A stretch of 63,355 nucleotides of DNA, filler included, from Rhabdomonas costata (taxonomy: Eukaryota), in the NCBI GenBank assembly GCA_019059605.1. It is 24 parts of 24 records of this genome, joined end to end, with 100 filler letters (N's around TTAATTAATTAA, not from the genome) between each part and the next. Parts side by side here need not be neighbours in the genome. Positions count along the whole stretch, not along the records: positions 26,459 to 29,002 come from JAHMHO010002935.1; positions 29,103 to 31,646 come from JAHMHO010002936.1; positions 31,747 to 34,288 come from JAHMHO010002937.1; positions 34,389 to 36,932 come from JAHMHO010002938.1; positions 37,033 to 39,576 come from JAHMHO010002939.1; 19 more parts are not named here. The stretch is one strand, 5' to 3'. The notes below the pieces were generated by a model. It saw only the letters and a program-made list of their open reading frames with translations, did not search any database and was not told where the DNA came from. Within the stretch, counting starts at the first letter, position 1; each line of letters opens with the position of its first letter. Both the position numbers and the translations under genes were made by a program. Shown here in pieces: positions 26,459-39,676 of this stretch.

Positions 26459-28824
26459 GTGGTGTGGGTTGTATCTTGGGGTGGGGTCTGCCCACAGCGA
26501 GTCCCACGTCGCCTGCAGTCCTGCGGGAGTAATGCGAGACCAGTTCGACACGCTCACCATAGGAAGTCCACCAAAGGCCTCCAATGAGTACAATGCCGCG
26601 GGCAGCATAGGGACCCGGCGCATGTACAGGGCCTCCCATGCCTTGAAGCTCTCCACGCCCCAGCCGGGAGGAGAGATGATGAACTTCGTCGTGGCCATCT
26701 CCATGTAGTAGCTGCGTTTTTGTGAGTGTTTGCGTTTAGGGGGGGGGATACCCACCCGGCAACTGACAAATCCGGAAGACAATGGACGCAACATATGCGA
26801 TGAAGACATGCTTTTTTCGGCAACACCAACAGACAATAAAATTAGTTGGCCACGTAATTGCGTAAACAGTCACACAAGCTGGACATGGAGACGATGACAC
26901 ACAAAGCGAGGGATGACAAAAAAACAAATGAGAACATTCATGCGTAGCCTGGGCACGAGCCGTCCACAGAGGCTACACTCAAAGATGCCACACGTGACAG
27001 AGCAGGGCAGAGGGCAAAGCCTAAAGCAAGCCCAAAGCAACGCACCGCTCTTTGGGGATCTTTCTACTGGAGAGGTTGAAGTCCCGCCGCAGAGCCTTCA
27101 CAATAAGTGCACGTTGTGAGCCCAAGCTTACCCGAAACCGGGCCATCAGAAGCTCTCGGGGCGGCTCCCAGAGAACACCCTGAAGAGGCCGGAGCTTGCT
27201 GCGACTGTGGTGGAGCAGCTGGGGGCGCTTTGTCGGGTGCAACCCCAGGGGAACTGCAACCAGCTTGGGGTGCTGCACCACCCCACACGCCACGGAGTGC
27301 CCAAACACTCGAAGCACAAGCGGGTGGTCCAGCAGCCACGACGGGTAGACAGGGCGGTCGTGATTGTGGTCCACCACAAAGAAGTGGGCCCGCACGGCGC
27401 CCGAGAGGAGAGCAGAGCGGAAGGAGGTGCTGTCACCATTGCGGAACTCGTTGAGGTTGATGAATACTAAGGAGCGGTTGGTGATTGTTGTGAAGTTGAA
27501 GGAGCGAGAACGAGTACGGCCCTGCCAGACGTAGTTAGAGGTGGTGTCCTGCACCTGTCCGCACCCCGCACCCTTAACCTGGAAATTCCGTGGGCCGTCA
27601 TCCTGTTTTCCCTTCTGTTCACTTCGAACATGAAATCACACACGTCAGCAAACTGTGAGTCTGCGATCACATTCAAACCACAACCATTTAAGGACTTGGC
27701 GTGTGTATTTGAAGAAGAAAAAATAGCCGGGAAACGTGAATTAGGCATCATCGAAAGTCAGGGGCACATCATTGAAAGTCAGGGGCAATTCGTGGGTTGG
27801 AACCATGATAAGAACCGTCTTCTAACCAAAAGGAGGGACAAAAGGGTTGCACATCAACCAGCCAGTGAGTTTTTATTTCACTGTTCAGTGTCATGAAAAA
27901 CCGATCAATGGAACACAAAGTTAACAACCCAGGCCGACACTTTAACATGGAAACATCAGAAAAGACCCCAATTCTCCTTTTCCCCCAACCCCAGAAACAT
28001 TATTATCATCCACACCTGATCAGCAATATAGCGGAACAGCGCTCCGGACAGGAAGGGGAACGGCATCCCGAAGGCGTTGCGATCCTTCTCACTACCCAGC
28101 GCGGGGTTGACTTCCCGCAGCCCTCGAACAAACTCTTGGAAGGTGACCGCTGTGGAAGCTGGTGTCAGCAGAGCTTCCGTGACACAGTACGGCAGAGATT
28201 CAGATGAATGCGTGGATGTGGAACTGAGGATTGAATGACGGGGTGGGGGATTGAAATAAAATAAGCTGGACGGCTATTACTAATGTTGAAATTTCCACCC
28301 AGAAGCTCAAATGAAAGCAAGCGAAAATCCCACTTTGACGTTCGCGGATACAGGCGTGGTCAACGCGGCTATCCTCCTCGCAGGGAAATAGGGGCGCGAC
28401 GAAACCCATAAGAAATCCTAATATCATTTCACCACAAACGACAGCCAGTTTCTCCTGATCGACGATCCACGAACTCATAAAAAATTCCCCGGAAAATACC
28501 TGAATTTCCCCACCACACCCGTATGATTGAGTCGACACACCCAATGGAAAAAATGGCTTTGGGTGTTTACCCAGCGGATGCATTAGAAGTCACCTCAGCG
28601 GTGCTCATGGCGCATGGGCGGCGGAACCACCTGGAATTCAAGCGCAGAAACTTTCGAATCAGCGTCCGCAGTCCTGTCTCGCGAATAAAAAGCGGTAATA
28701 GGGAGCCTGCCTTTGGTTCCCTTAGAGGCGACGGGGAGCAGCACAACGCATCAGTAGCAAAGAAGGTGAGCCAGAGGTCCAACCACGCCCACCACACCAC
28801 AACCCATACAGCACCAAAACCCAT
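26459..28824 (-). CDS. Exostosin-like (GT47-related) glycosyltransferase with N-terminal signal/anchor, 3'-partial
   Basis: Exons 28824-28594, 27554-27046 and 26711-edge are in phase. Motifs HPKLVAVPLGL and YYMEMATTKFIISPPGWGVESFKAWEALYMRRVP...LPMVSVSNWSRITP. Confidence 0.75.
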
Positions 28825-29748
28825 GGCAGCAACGAGGTCTGCTGACGGAAAAATGAGCAGGATTCATACAAAACCATGTCCAGACTATGTCCGAATTGCT
28901 TCACAAGCGACGAGCTCTCCGTGAGAGAAATTCGCGAATTCCAGGGAAATTTTCCGCGAAATTCGGCGTACAACCACACCACCAAGAATACGACCCCCCA
29001 CANNNNNNNNNNNNNNNNNNNNNNNNNNNNNNNNNNNNNNNNNNNNTTAATTAATTAANNNNNNNNNNNNNNNNNNNNNNNNNNNNNNNNNNNNNNNNNN
29101 NNGTGGGGTTGGTAGAGAGACTGACATGAGACTTTGAAGACCCATTTCAAAGTTGGTTTTCATTTCGTTTACGCCACCGGGCCTTCGTGGCATTTTATAA
29201 TGCACCATTATCGATAACTTTCTGTCACCAGGACAATTTGATGAACAAAACAACTGATGCACTGAACAGTTCGACAACTGATGAAGATGAGCGAGAGCTG
29301 AACGTGAAGCCGTGGTTTTGCCTGAATGAAAAAAGTGTTTACAGGGTGTTTCTTTCTCTCCTGGTACATGTATTTAGAAACCAGGAAAAAGGATTTCTGC
29401 GCGATTATGCTTCAGGGCTGTCGCTGTTCTGGCGGGAAACTATCCCTTTTTTCAGAGAAACTGCATCATCCACCCATTCAAGTCACACGAATAACACACA
29501 GTCAGGGAAAGTCTGCAGACATGTTAATCGGGAACCACTCTCTACCTTCCATGCCTGCACCACTAATAATGTGATACAGGTTGATACGATAATTGAGCAG
29601 TGTGGTAGTAAGGAAACTGAAAAACTTAGACAATGCACGTACTTGCATTTTTAGTACTTCTGTGAGCGACGCCTTTCAATGTTGCAATGTTTTTCTGACA
29701 ACTGACGGTCTGTATATCATCCGTAAAAAAAATAGAAACTGTGGTTAC

Positions 29749-30487
29749 GCATGCGACGAGTGAGCGCATATATGACTTGCCACTGAAATTCTTCAAGCAA
29801 CTTAACAAAGACAGTCACCTCCTCTGGAAGTTCAAAAGTCAAGAGAAGGAAGAAGAAATCGAGAGCTAGAGTGCGTAGTGGGCCTCGGTAAGCGAATCGA
29901 CGCTGGGGGTACTGTGAGGGCTGGACCGCAGTATTTATCATCAGGAACGGTAACTATACAACTATTTGTGTGGGAGATTCCATAGAAACCCTCGTGTCAG
30001 CAGCTCACGGGATTTCGCTGACCTCTCCCGGTCTTTGACTCTATCACTACACTGCGTCATTTAAAAGCACACAACACCCCTCAATCACTGTGAACGGTAG
30101 TCCCGCACGTACTAACAACGATCGCCCCCTCGAGAGCACCCCACGAGCGCCGAGGTAAGCTGGATATGGCGTCACACTCTCTGCTATGGCGGGACAACAG
30201 GTAACCGGCTCACGCCCTATTTAGCCTGAACTCTGCATGCCTCCTTCCAGCCTCACGCACGAAATCGGTAACCACGCGCTGCCGACTGCTTGCTGCCGTT
30301 GCACTTCGTTGCGTCTCGCTCGTCTTGTCACTTCTCGCAGTGGGTGCGAATTTTCGGTGTGGATGAGCTTCATAGCTAATGCAGCAAAAGAGCTTTGACA
30401 GCAACGCAAAATAGCATGGGTGAATATACCGGCGACAGGGTTCAGCAGGACCGCCAAAAGAACCACAGCCACAAGCAGCGTCCTCAT
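29749..30487 (-). CDS. Possible secreted protein, first exons
   Basis: Signal-peptide-like exon 30487-30430 (MRTLLVAVVLLAVLLNPVA, then a GT donor) is phase-compatible with exon 29823-29749. No downstream exons were resolved. Confidence 0.3.
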
Positions 30488-30891
30488 GCCATTTAGTGGG
30501 GGTACCTTTTGCTTTGTAGTCCCTCTTGCTGTCGTGGGGAAAGATGTTTTCTGTGGAGCTGTCCCGCCGAGGGAAATGACCAGCTGCAAAAAAAAATGGG
30601 GGAAAATCAGGAATATAAAAAGGGACGGTATCTCTCTTTCTTTAACAACCTGCCCGAGAGCATAAGCTCCGGGTATTTCAGGCCGTCTTAGCTTTCGGCC
30701 AGTCTCTGCCATTGGTGGAACAAATTAGTGGAATGAGGTGACTACCTAACACACTGCCAAACAGGTCAGTTACACTGAGGACGCTTTAATTGGAAAGGAG
30801 AAGGCAGGGATTCATAAATACACCAGACCTCATCTATTTTGTTTTTCAGAGCAAACGTTCCCGCGGCAAAATGCACAAATGGACTTTTCTA

Positions 30892-31310
30892 TAGGACGCC
30901 ATTTAAGGGGTCCCACCCATCCTTTCGGAGGGGGGAGGGGAGGGGTTAACGCTTTTACAGGTTTAATGAGGTTGAACGGTGAGATTCGAGAGTAAGTTGG
31001 TTATTTGCTGCGAAAATGAATATAAAAACTACCCCACTCTCCCCAGACAACGTCCCCTCCTCAGCCGCTGGCTTCGTCCGCGAAGCGGTGCTGGCCTTCG
31101 CCACTGAATACCTAAACGCTGTCCTATGAATATGCAGTCTCCTGGGAACAGTCCTTCCGTGGCAAAGTAACCAAAGGCCACCATCTAACACACCCATAAT
31201 CCCGAGGAAAGGTACAAAACAAACTATTCCAAGTCTCGTAACTCACCGTTTAACCACGTTAAACCGTGCAACCATTCACCCCCCCCCCTCCACTCCAAAA
31301 AGGCGTCCTA
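30892..31310. mobile_element. Possible MITE
   Basis: Imperfect terminal inverted repeat TAGGACGCCATTT (30892) / AAAAGGCGTCCTA (ends 31310), 12/13 match, with mirrored G-run/C-run inside and no ORF. Confidence 0.3.
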
Positions 31311-31746
31311 CCATAATGTGAGTAAGATCATTGAGGTTTCCTGATCCATCCTAGCTTGTGTTGGTCCAAAGAACTTTCCGCGAATAACGGTTACCCGCCG
31401 TTGCGAAAAATTCACAAAATTATGGCACTAGCTTAGATAAGCCACTGCCACTATATCTTCCAGGCATAGGATATGACGAATCAAACACAGACATGACCAA
31501 ACGACACGGTGTGGCATCCGATGTTACCAAACGGCATATGCAATGAGAAACACTATCTATTTTCGACAGCCCTGCCCCTCCCCTGCTGTAACCCGCCAAA
31601 GGCTGAGCCGCGATACAAACAACCACACCCAACACACCAACCAACCNNNNNNNNNNNNNNNNNNNNNNNNNNNNNNNNNNNNNNNNNNNNTTAATTAATT
31701 AANNNNNNNNNNNNNNNNNNNNNNNNNNNNNNNNNNNNNNNNNNNN

Positions 31747-32416
31747 CAGAAGGGCCGACGCAACCCTTGCGTGTGCTCTTCAGTTTCTGGTGAGATTCAC
31801 TGCTCCTCTTCTCTCTCTCTCTCGTTCCACTCCAGGCTGCGGAGGGTCCTGCGGGACTTGCACCTCAGGGACCTGCAACACCGCCACCGGACAGTGCGTC
31901 TGCGCTCCCTCGTGCACCGGAAAGCAGTGCGGCAATGACGGTGTGGCGTGCCCCCATGCTTCCCTGCTTGCACCACACCGCTGAGTGAAGCTGTGGGGTG
32001 CCCGGAGGGGGGGGGCGAACACGCCGCAGACAGACCTTCGATAAGCGTGCGTGTCCGTGATATTGCCTGTCGTCCTGGATTCTGGCTCTGGATGGTATTG
32101 TCTTCCGACTGACCCTTCATCAATTCACGGACCTCTTGAAGATGCAGTGGCGTGTTTAAGTGTCTCCGAAAACAAGAATCCCACTGGGCTTCGAAGGTGT
32201 ATGGGGGCCAGAAGGGCCGACGCAACCCTTGCGTGTGCTCTTCAGTTTCTGGTGAGATTCACTGCTCCTCTTCTCTCTCTCTCTCTCTCTCTCGTTCCAC
32301 TCCAGGCTGCGGAGGCTCCTGCGGGACTTGCACCTCAGGGACCTGCAACACCGCCACCGGACAGTGCGCCTGCGTTCCCTCCTGCACCGGAAAGCAGTGC
32401 GGCAATGATGGTGTGG
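31747..32416 (+). repeat. Tandem duplication of an intron-end + exon unit
   Basis: 31747-31946 is nearly identical to 32209-32416, including the intronic (CT)n tract, which differs in length. Confidence 0.95.
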
Positions 32417-34288
32417 TGCTTTATGTTCTTCTTCCCACCTCTTTATCACCTCACTTTTCTGCATTCGGGTGGGATTCCAAAATGGTTCTGGCGGATGGAG
32501 GCATCATGCTTGAGCCGGAATCTGTTCATGGGGTGTGCCGTATTTGTATGCCTGTTAATTGTATGCCTTGGAATGTTTTGGTGTGAAGGGAGGTTTCAAT
32601 GCCACCACTCTGCATCTCTTTTTCCCCAAGGCTGCGGAGGCTCCTGCGGGACGTGCACCTCGGGGACCTGCGACACCGCGACCGGGCAGTGCGTGGCCAC
32701 CTGCGTTCCCTCGTGCAGCGGAAAGAAATGTGGGCCTGACGGTACGATCCGTCCTTCCCTTGCGGTTAAACCGCTTCCTGGTAAACCTGAAGAGTCCACC
32801 AAAGCCCCAAATGAAAATAAAAAGCGTTCTCGTTCTTTTTTTGTTGGTTTGCCCCAGATTGGGCTGTGTAAATTCAGGTCAGGGTAGTGATTGCTGGCCA
32901 CCCTCTCTCGAATACCCGCTACTCCCACCCCCGATTCCCTCAGGGTGTAACGGAATCTGTGGGAGCTGCCTGTCCAACCAGACGTGCTCCTCAGGGCAGT
33001 GCGTCGCGACGTGCACGCCAGCGTGCTCCGGTTCCTGTGGATCTGACGGCTGTGGAGGTGTGCATTCTCAGGGCATTCCGGAGTTCTCGTCTTCTGAAGC
33101 TCGCATTCAAAGGAAGGGGAGACCGGCCGAAAATTGGCCAATTCCTCAACCCCGCGGAATTCGAGGCTAAAAAAATACGACCCACTGAGAAGTCTAAAAC
33201 TGGCCCAAGTCCTTGCAATGTGGCACAGTTGATATTCGCGAAGACGTCAGCTACAAACTTGTTCCCTTGAGATTGTCCTTCAGCTTCAGATGTGCTTGTT
33301 ATTCAGAGAGAGAGAGAGTGTGTGTGTGTGTGCCTTCGTCACACCCAAGTCAGTCAGTGTGTAAAACGATCGATTGTAACGCTTCGCTGAGCTTCAGCAG
33401 CGTTGTCTTGTCTGGAGATGCTTCACGATCCTTTTCCCCAACCTGTATTTCTGCGTTCACCTTTTTGGGACGGGCGGGAGTTCAAGGTCATCAGGATAAC
33501 TGCTGGCTCATCTTGGTGCTGCCGTCGGGAGATTGGTCCCCCTTGGGTGCAGTACTCTTCCCGTGAGTCAGTCAACAAATGAACGGATCACCGGACCATA
33601 CTGTCCGGAACATGCGAAGTCGGCTGGAAAAAATACCGCTTAATTTCGGTGCAGAGGAAGCTGAGATGTTGGGATCTGAATTGTGCGGAGTTGCACATAC
33701 CCACACGTCAGCCGCCTCAGGTGCTTCGTTTGATTCCAGTCATGACCGGCCGTCCTCGTGCGGAATTGCAGCTGGGAGGGTGGTGAACTGCACTCGTGGC
33801 AACGCCGGGTGCCCTTTGATAGTGATCTTGCTATTGAAAAGGAAGGGCGAAGGCAGATCATGTCGAAGGCCCTTGGAAACCTCTCTCTCTCTCTCGTTCT
33901 CTTGGCTCTCAACCGTACGCTTTTCGCACTCGCAGGCTCCTGTGGGAGCTGCTCGGCCGGCTCCAGCTGTGTGAGCGGGCAGTGCGTGGCGAACCCATTC
34001 CCGTTCAAGTCCGACTGCCCCTCGTGGACGAAGTACGGTCCTGCACCCCCGACCACCTGCAGGTGTGGCTTGCCTTTCATTTCATGGCAGCAAGCATGCC
34101 CCTCACCCCAGAAACCTGTCGTAGAGTAGAGGGATTAATCCACCATTTACCTATCCCCCAGTTCAGACCTTCTGTTGCTTCTGACAATCTGTTATTTCTC
34201 AGCCTTCCCACAGACCCGCAGAACCGCCCGCCCAGTGCGGTGGAGGCGTGGTTCACGGAGGCCGTCTACAACGACCTCTTCCCGAAGT
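31836..34288 (+). CDS. GH19 chitinase-like protein with N-terminal Cys/Gly-rich repeats (partial at both ends)
   Basis: Exons 31836-31940, 32306-32410, 32631-32741, 32944-33057, 33936-34062 and 34203-edge. Repeats read GCGGSCGTC...C.PSCTGKQCGND, followed by CPSWTKYGPAPPTTCSLPTDPQNRPPSAVEAWFTEAVYNDLFPK, which resembles the N-terminus of nematode-type GH19 chitinases. Catalytic residues lie beyond the contig. Confidence 0.7.
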
Positions 34289-34818
34289 NNNNNNNNNNNN
34301 NNNNNNNNNNNNNNNNNNNNNNNNNNNNNNNNTTAATTAATTAANNNNNNNNNNNNNNNNNNNNNNNNNNNNNNNNNNNNNNNNNNNNTTTTGTGCTGAA
34401 AAAACGCAGTTTTTGTATAGGTGACTCTCTTTTCTCTGATCCCGCTTACTTACCTATACAAAAACTGCGTTTTTTCAGCACAAAATACAGAATGAACAAC
34501 TGCAAGCTTTCTTATTTCAATCTCAATTCTTTCTCTTTTCAATATCAATTTTTTCAACGAGCAGACAAGCCAATCCATCCCTCTGGTCGATGCATCCAGA
34601 AACAGGAGGGTCCCGCTGAAAACTGACAAGGTTGCCCTTAAATCGATACTGCTAAGCCTGTTAAGAATCGCAAACCACGACGTCACGGTGGCTGAACAGG
34701 ACTGCGTCTGCAGCTCGTCAGCTGTTGGGGGCATTAGGGTCTCTTTTGCTCCCGAGCCACGTTGCCTCCACAGCTGACCGACGAAATACGCACGCTGCGG
34801 TGGAGGGCTGCCGACCAA

Positions 34819-36795
34819 TCAGCGGGAAAGCTCCAGCTCCAATGCATACCACTGCTCCTAAAAGAAGGGGGGGGACACATTATCGTTTCCTTATCACACC
34901 CACCGCGAGGCCACGCCATGCAACCCCAGGCCACTGCCACCAGCCCCACCCATACACGGGGAAGACGGTGCAAGCAAACCCAAAGCTCCAAGGCACGGAT
35001 AACGACTCCTTGGGCAAATTCACGCTGGGCCACGTCCAGTGCATCCTCTTTGGATTCTTAAATGAGAAAACTAGGCCCACGGCTGCACTGAGCGCTTAAC
35101 AAAGACTTACTCTGGACATGTTGGGAGGAGATAGTGAGAGACAACGCCTACAGGGAGAGAGAGCAGAACGCAGGAAAACATGCACCTCGCCGTGGACAAC
35201 ATCTGATACACCTGAAGAAATCCACAAAAAAGTCGATGAAACAGCCCGCGCAACACTCGTGTACCGAAGTACAAGTATCGCGGCGGTATGATGAGATACG
35301 GTTGGTTGTTGGTTTCCAACATTTCGGTGTCCCACTCTGCTTTTCACCGAAAAGGAGGGTCATCAGTTTCACGGCTTTCTCAGAGAATCAGAGCCACAGA
35401 ATAGCTGATTTAAACCGGATAGGAAAAACACACCTGCGACCCTTGTTTTTGCGCGTGGGAGGCCTGCCTTCCTACCCAACCCTCCCTAACCCTGCCTATG
35501 TGGAACATTCGTGTGCTGGGTGAGTGACCCTCCCTCCTCCACACGCAAGACATACCGTTTCATTCAATCGATACTAATGCTTTCTTTCCACTGGCCTGAC
35601 TTTTCAAGTGAACATTCTTTGGTACTTTTTCATATGCACGACGTGAAGCGCACCCCGGCTCAATGGGGCCTTCCTTTGGCTGTGCTCGTAATGGAATCGG
35701 TCAGCAAACCCCCCAGAACAAACAGGAAAGCGGGTACGAAGAGAAAAAACACTGGTAGACAAGAACTCAATGCAACATACCAGGTCACAAAATGTGACTA
35801 ATGTCACAAAGTGCAGCTAACAGAGACCGGGCGAAGCAAGCGCCACCTACCCAATAGAGTGAACCCTTGTCCCTGATAAAATGGAATCAGCAGGGGCTTA
35901 CTGAGGAGGCTGATCTTGCGAATGAACGGGTTGGTCAAAATACGAATCCGCCGCAGATACTCCTTCACCATCACAGTGGCGAGCCCCTGCAGCGCAACAG
36001 CACTATTTCCAAAAATTCGACCAACAATATCAAAATGACGCACAGAGATCAAGGGCTTGAGATGCCCTTTTGGGGGCCTTTACAGGCCTGCATACTGAGC
36101 CTGAGCTTTCGGCCGGGCAATTCAGCAATTCGGAAATTCATTCTGAACTATTCATCAAGAGTTGTTGTATGCCAGGGACTTATGGAGGAGGGAGGGACAA
36201 AGTCCTACAAGACATCCTGGCAGCCTTCAACCCAAACGACACACGTTACCTACCCGGATCCCGCTTTCATTATGTTCCTGTGTTCTCCCCTTTGTGCCAC
36301 CCACGAAGTAAAACGACTCAAACCCAACGCAAAAAACCCCACCACCTGTCGCCTATGCTGCGGGTCGACGACCACAGAGTGGATGCAGAGATTATCTGCG
36401 ATGACAGAGCACAGACAGCCTCTAAAGAAAGACAAGGTGGACCGCCTGTCGCCTAGTTTGCTGTAGTGCCGTGCAGAACAATTGCTTGTGCACCCCCTTA
36501 CGCCCAACAGTGGCTGTAACGTTTGCGAGGAATTGCAACCGAACTGTACAATCACCGCATACACAACTGCCTCGAACATGGGGGTAATGATAGGCGATAT
36601 ACGCAATGCATCCCACAACTGAAGTGACGTTAAGGCACGTTAAGGCAAAACAATCCCGCTCCCTCGCCTCCCACTTAAACCGCCGTTGGGATCGTGAACG
36701 CTCATAGTCTCGTAGGTCAAGGTCTTGGAAGAGGTCACTGTGCCGTTAACGAAGCCCACCAGGCCAAAACCGTCCTTCTCCATTACCAGGAACAA
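34819..36795 (-). CDS. GNAT N-acetyltransferase, Paa1/arylalkylamine (AANAT)-like, 5'-partial
   Basis: Exons 36795-36681, 36395-36346, 35986-35851, 35211-35186 and 34857-34819 are all GT-AG in phase: LVGFVNGT...LTYETMSVHDPNGDNLCIHSVVVDPQHRRQGLA...LLSKPLLIPFYQGQGF...GVSDVVHGEEQWYALEL*. Confidence 0.9.
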
Positions 36796-37064
36796 CTGCG
36801 CGACAGAGTATACACCATTGTCACGATAAAGGCACCAGCCAACGCCAACTCGTCTTGCCGTCACAACCAGTACATATATCAGAGCAACTTCAGCCTTTCA
36901 TTCTGCATAATATGGAAATTCCTTAAATCAATNNNNNNNNNNNNNNNNNNNNNNNNNNNNNNNNNNNNNNNNNNNNTTAATTAATTAANNNNNNNNNNNN
37001 NNNNNNNNNNNNNNNNNNNNNNNNNNNNNNNNGTGGTGGTTTTTCTGATTTGTTCTGTACTCAG

Positions 37065-37321
37065 AGACTCTGCTGCTGGGCCGGGTTCCCGTCACTGGGG
37101 TAGGGCTGGCCCCGGCCGACCACGGCGCCGGCCTCTCCCCGGCATTGTTCCATCGCCTCCCCGTGGTATACATCAATGACTGGCCCAGGCTTACCCCGCA
37201 GGCGCTACAGCAGCACTGGGAGGCACTGGTTCAGGACAGCTCCCCCAGCCTGGAGCTGGGACGACTGGGGTTGCCGTGGTGGGCCGCTCACATCCTTCGG
37301 CTCTGCCTGGACGTGCCATAA
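37065..37321 (+). CDS. Terminal exon of a second exostosin-like glycosyltransferase paralog
   Basis: Not in the ORF track. ETLLLGRVPV...LFHRLPVVYINDWPRLTPQALQQHW...RLGLPWWAAHI* aligns with EALYMRRVP...LPMVSVSNWSRITPAGLQATW of the 26459-28824 gene. Confidence 0.75.
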
Positions 37322-38186
37322 CAGAGGGAGGAAGCCAGGCGCTCACTAAAAACTGGGGTGGAGGAGGCGACCCTGCCCACCGCACGATGGTGCCGGGGCT
37401 GCCGTGCTCCCCTTCCAGCGGATTCGGCTTTGATGAGCCATTCCTTCCTGCGCTTGGGGATGTTTGCTTGGAGGGCACCGATGAAAGCGAGACGGAAACA
37501 CTGGAACAGGTGAAGTGGTGTGTCCACTATTTCCTGTCTACCACAAAGCTGCCCGCTCCCCGCGCATTGAATTGAGAAGAGCTGTGCGTATCTCAAGCGG
37601 TGAGCGTTGGGGTTGCTGTTGGGGTTGTTGAGGAATGGCTGGCTGTCGCTCTGGAGCCCTTCAAGGCTTCGCAGAAAAGTGAGTACGAAAGCACCCCCCC
37701 TCCCCAACTCCCCCTGAGAGAGAACGAGAGACCAGAAATGAGAAGAGGTGAAGTTTTGCGCGATGCTATTTGCTTGCCTTCCGAGTGTTTCCCGGTTTGT
37801 ATACGGAATTTCGATGTCTCTTTGTGAAGAAGATGAATTTTGCTGGATCACTCTGAAGGGATATGCCATTTTTTACTTGCGTCCTTGTGTCTTTTTCGGA
37901 GGGGGCTGAGGGCCGTATTAAGCTGGCCAACCAAGAGTCCTGTTAGGCTTCATCAAGCCAATGATCTCGGATGGTGAAGAACTGCCAGACGGCCAAGCAT
38001 AGCCTAGATGTTTCGATCATCTTTTTCGACCTTCTTCGAGTTGCTACATTATCACCGTCCTCCATCAATTGTACGGCACCCTCGCCTCGCCGAGCGTTTC
38101 TCTCGACTCTGTTTTCTCCTGGAGCGTTTCCCATTGTATTTCTGTTGTGAGATATCTCTCGTTTTGTGGCCTCTTTCTCCGGACAT

Positions 38187-39156
38187 ATGTCTCTGGGCTG
38201 GCGTGCCTTTCTTCTGCTGGGCCTCGCCAGCTGCTTTCTGTTATGCTGGGTGGACCATGCTGCAGACCTCGCATCCTCGGGGGATGCCCTCCACCCCCCA
38301 GAGGATGATGACACGACGCCCTTGAGTCCTGCAAGGACCGCGGGAGAAGGGGTGGGGGTCTCTGCGAGGGAAGCTGAGGATGGCGGTGGCCCAGAGGTAG
38401 GAAGCTGTGATTTAGGGTCCGAGGAGTGCGAGGGGTCTGAGGGGGAGGTTGAACTCGAAAGCGGAGTGTTTGGTGTCCCCTGGGCTGACGGAGAGGAGCA
38501 GCAGCAGCAGGAGGTTCCTGGCGGCGAGGTGGGGGCGGAGGGTGCCTCCCCAGAGGAGGGGCAGGGCTCCGTGCGAACCCCCTTCCGGGTGTTCGTGCAC
38601 TTTTTAGGTGCCCTGTTTCCCTTGCGCGCGCACACCGTCATTCTCTTTTACCGGGTTTATTTCACAGGGCCAGGGAGAAGTGGGAGGAGCTAGGGTTCAC
38701 GCCTGCACCTCCCGTGTTCTGCATCAGTACAGTCATCATGGGTCTGCAATGGCCATATCGTGGTCATTGTCCGCCAACCACAGGCTATGCCTATTTAGAT
38801 TCTTGAGGGTTATTGAGCTTAGGCTATTGAAGGAGTCTGGTACTGCAATTCCCTGGGTGGGCTCAGCTGAGAAGGAAGGAAGGAGGAGGAGGCAGCACAA
38901 AAAACAAAGCCAAAACTCCGATTCCCTGGGTGGCCGACGCGACTGCGCTGACTGCTGAACAGCATTGCCCCTCTATTGAAATTCAGTCACGGAGAGAACG
39001 TGTTATTTTGTGCACCTCCATCGCATGCACTTTATCCGTGTTTCTTTGCCAGCAACGGGTGCGGGGGGGCTCCCTCCGCAAAGCGACGCCGATGCGACGC
39101 GCCCGCGTAACCCCATCGAGCAAGGCACCGCATCGGGGCTTCCCTCCGAGCTTAAG
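38187..39156 (+). CDS. Signal-peptide/anchor protein with acidic disordered stem, first exon(s)
   Basis: MSLGWRAFLLLGLASCFLLCWV followed by a Glu/Gly-rich tract to ~38570. A probable later exon lies at 39051-39156, junction unresolved. Confidence 0.5.
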
Positions 39157-39676
39157 GTATTGCTCCAACAGTGGGCGTGGCCGGACAAATGTGAAAGGGA
39201 ATTGCTGGAACCCTGAGCGCAAAAGTAGTGTTGGGCTATATGGTAACGCCTACCAAGCGTCCAGCAGTGGACCGCATATGAAGTGCGGATTACCCAGATA
39301 CTTCAGGATTTGCAGTTGTTTTGGTCACGGGTACGTGGTCCACAAGAGTGCCTCCGAAAAGTATTCCTGCCACACATCTCGCTCAAATTAAGAACCATAA
39401 AAGTCTTACAAGAGTTACACACGCCTTTTGGTGTCATGTGAATCACTTTGGACTTGGACTCCGCATTACCACATCGTAGCTAGGTGTGTCTCACTTCCCT
39501 TCAACGGACATGCCAATCACCTCTAGCGGAGAGGTCAAGCCATTGGCCCACTCCAACACATTGCGCACACCAACAANNNNNNNNNNNNNNNNNNNNNNNN
39601 NNNNNNNNNNNNNNNNNNNNTTAATTAATTAANNNNNNNNNNNNNNNNNNNNNNNNNNNNNNNNNNNNNNNNNNNN

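Noticed and set aside
32051-33170. 278-aa and 203-aa ORFs as genes
   Set aside because: They read mostly through introns or alternate frames of the Cys-repeat exons.
36670-36684. GC donor after HDPN in the GNAT gene
   Set aside because: A canonical GT three bases later gives the expected HDPNGDNLCIHS.
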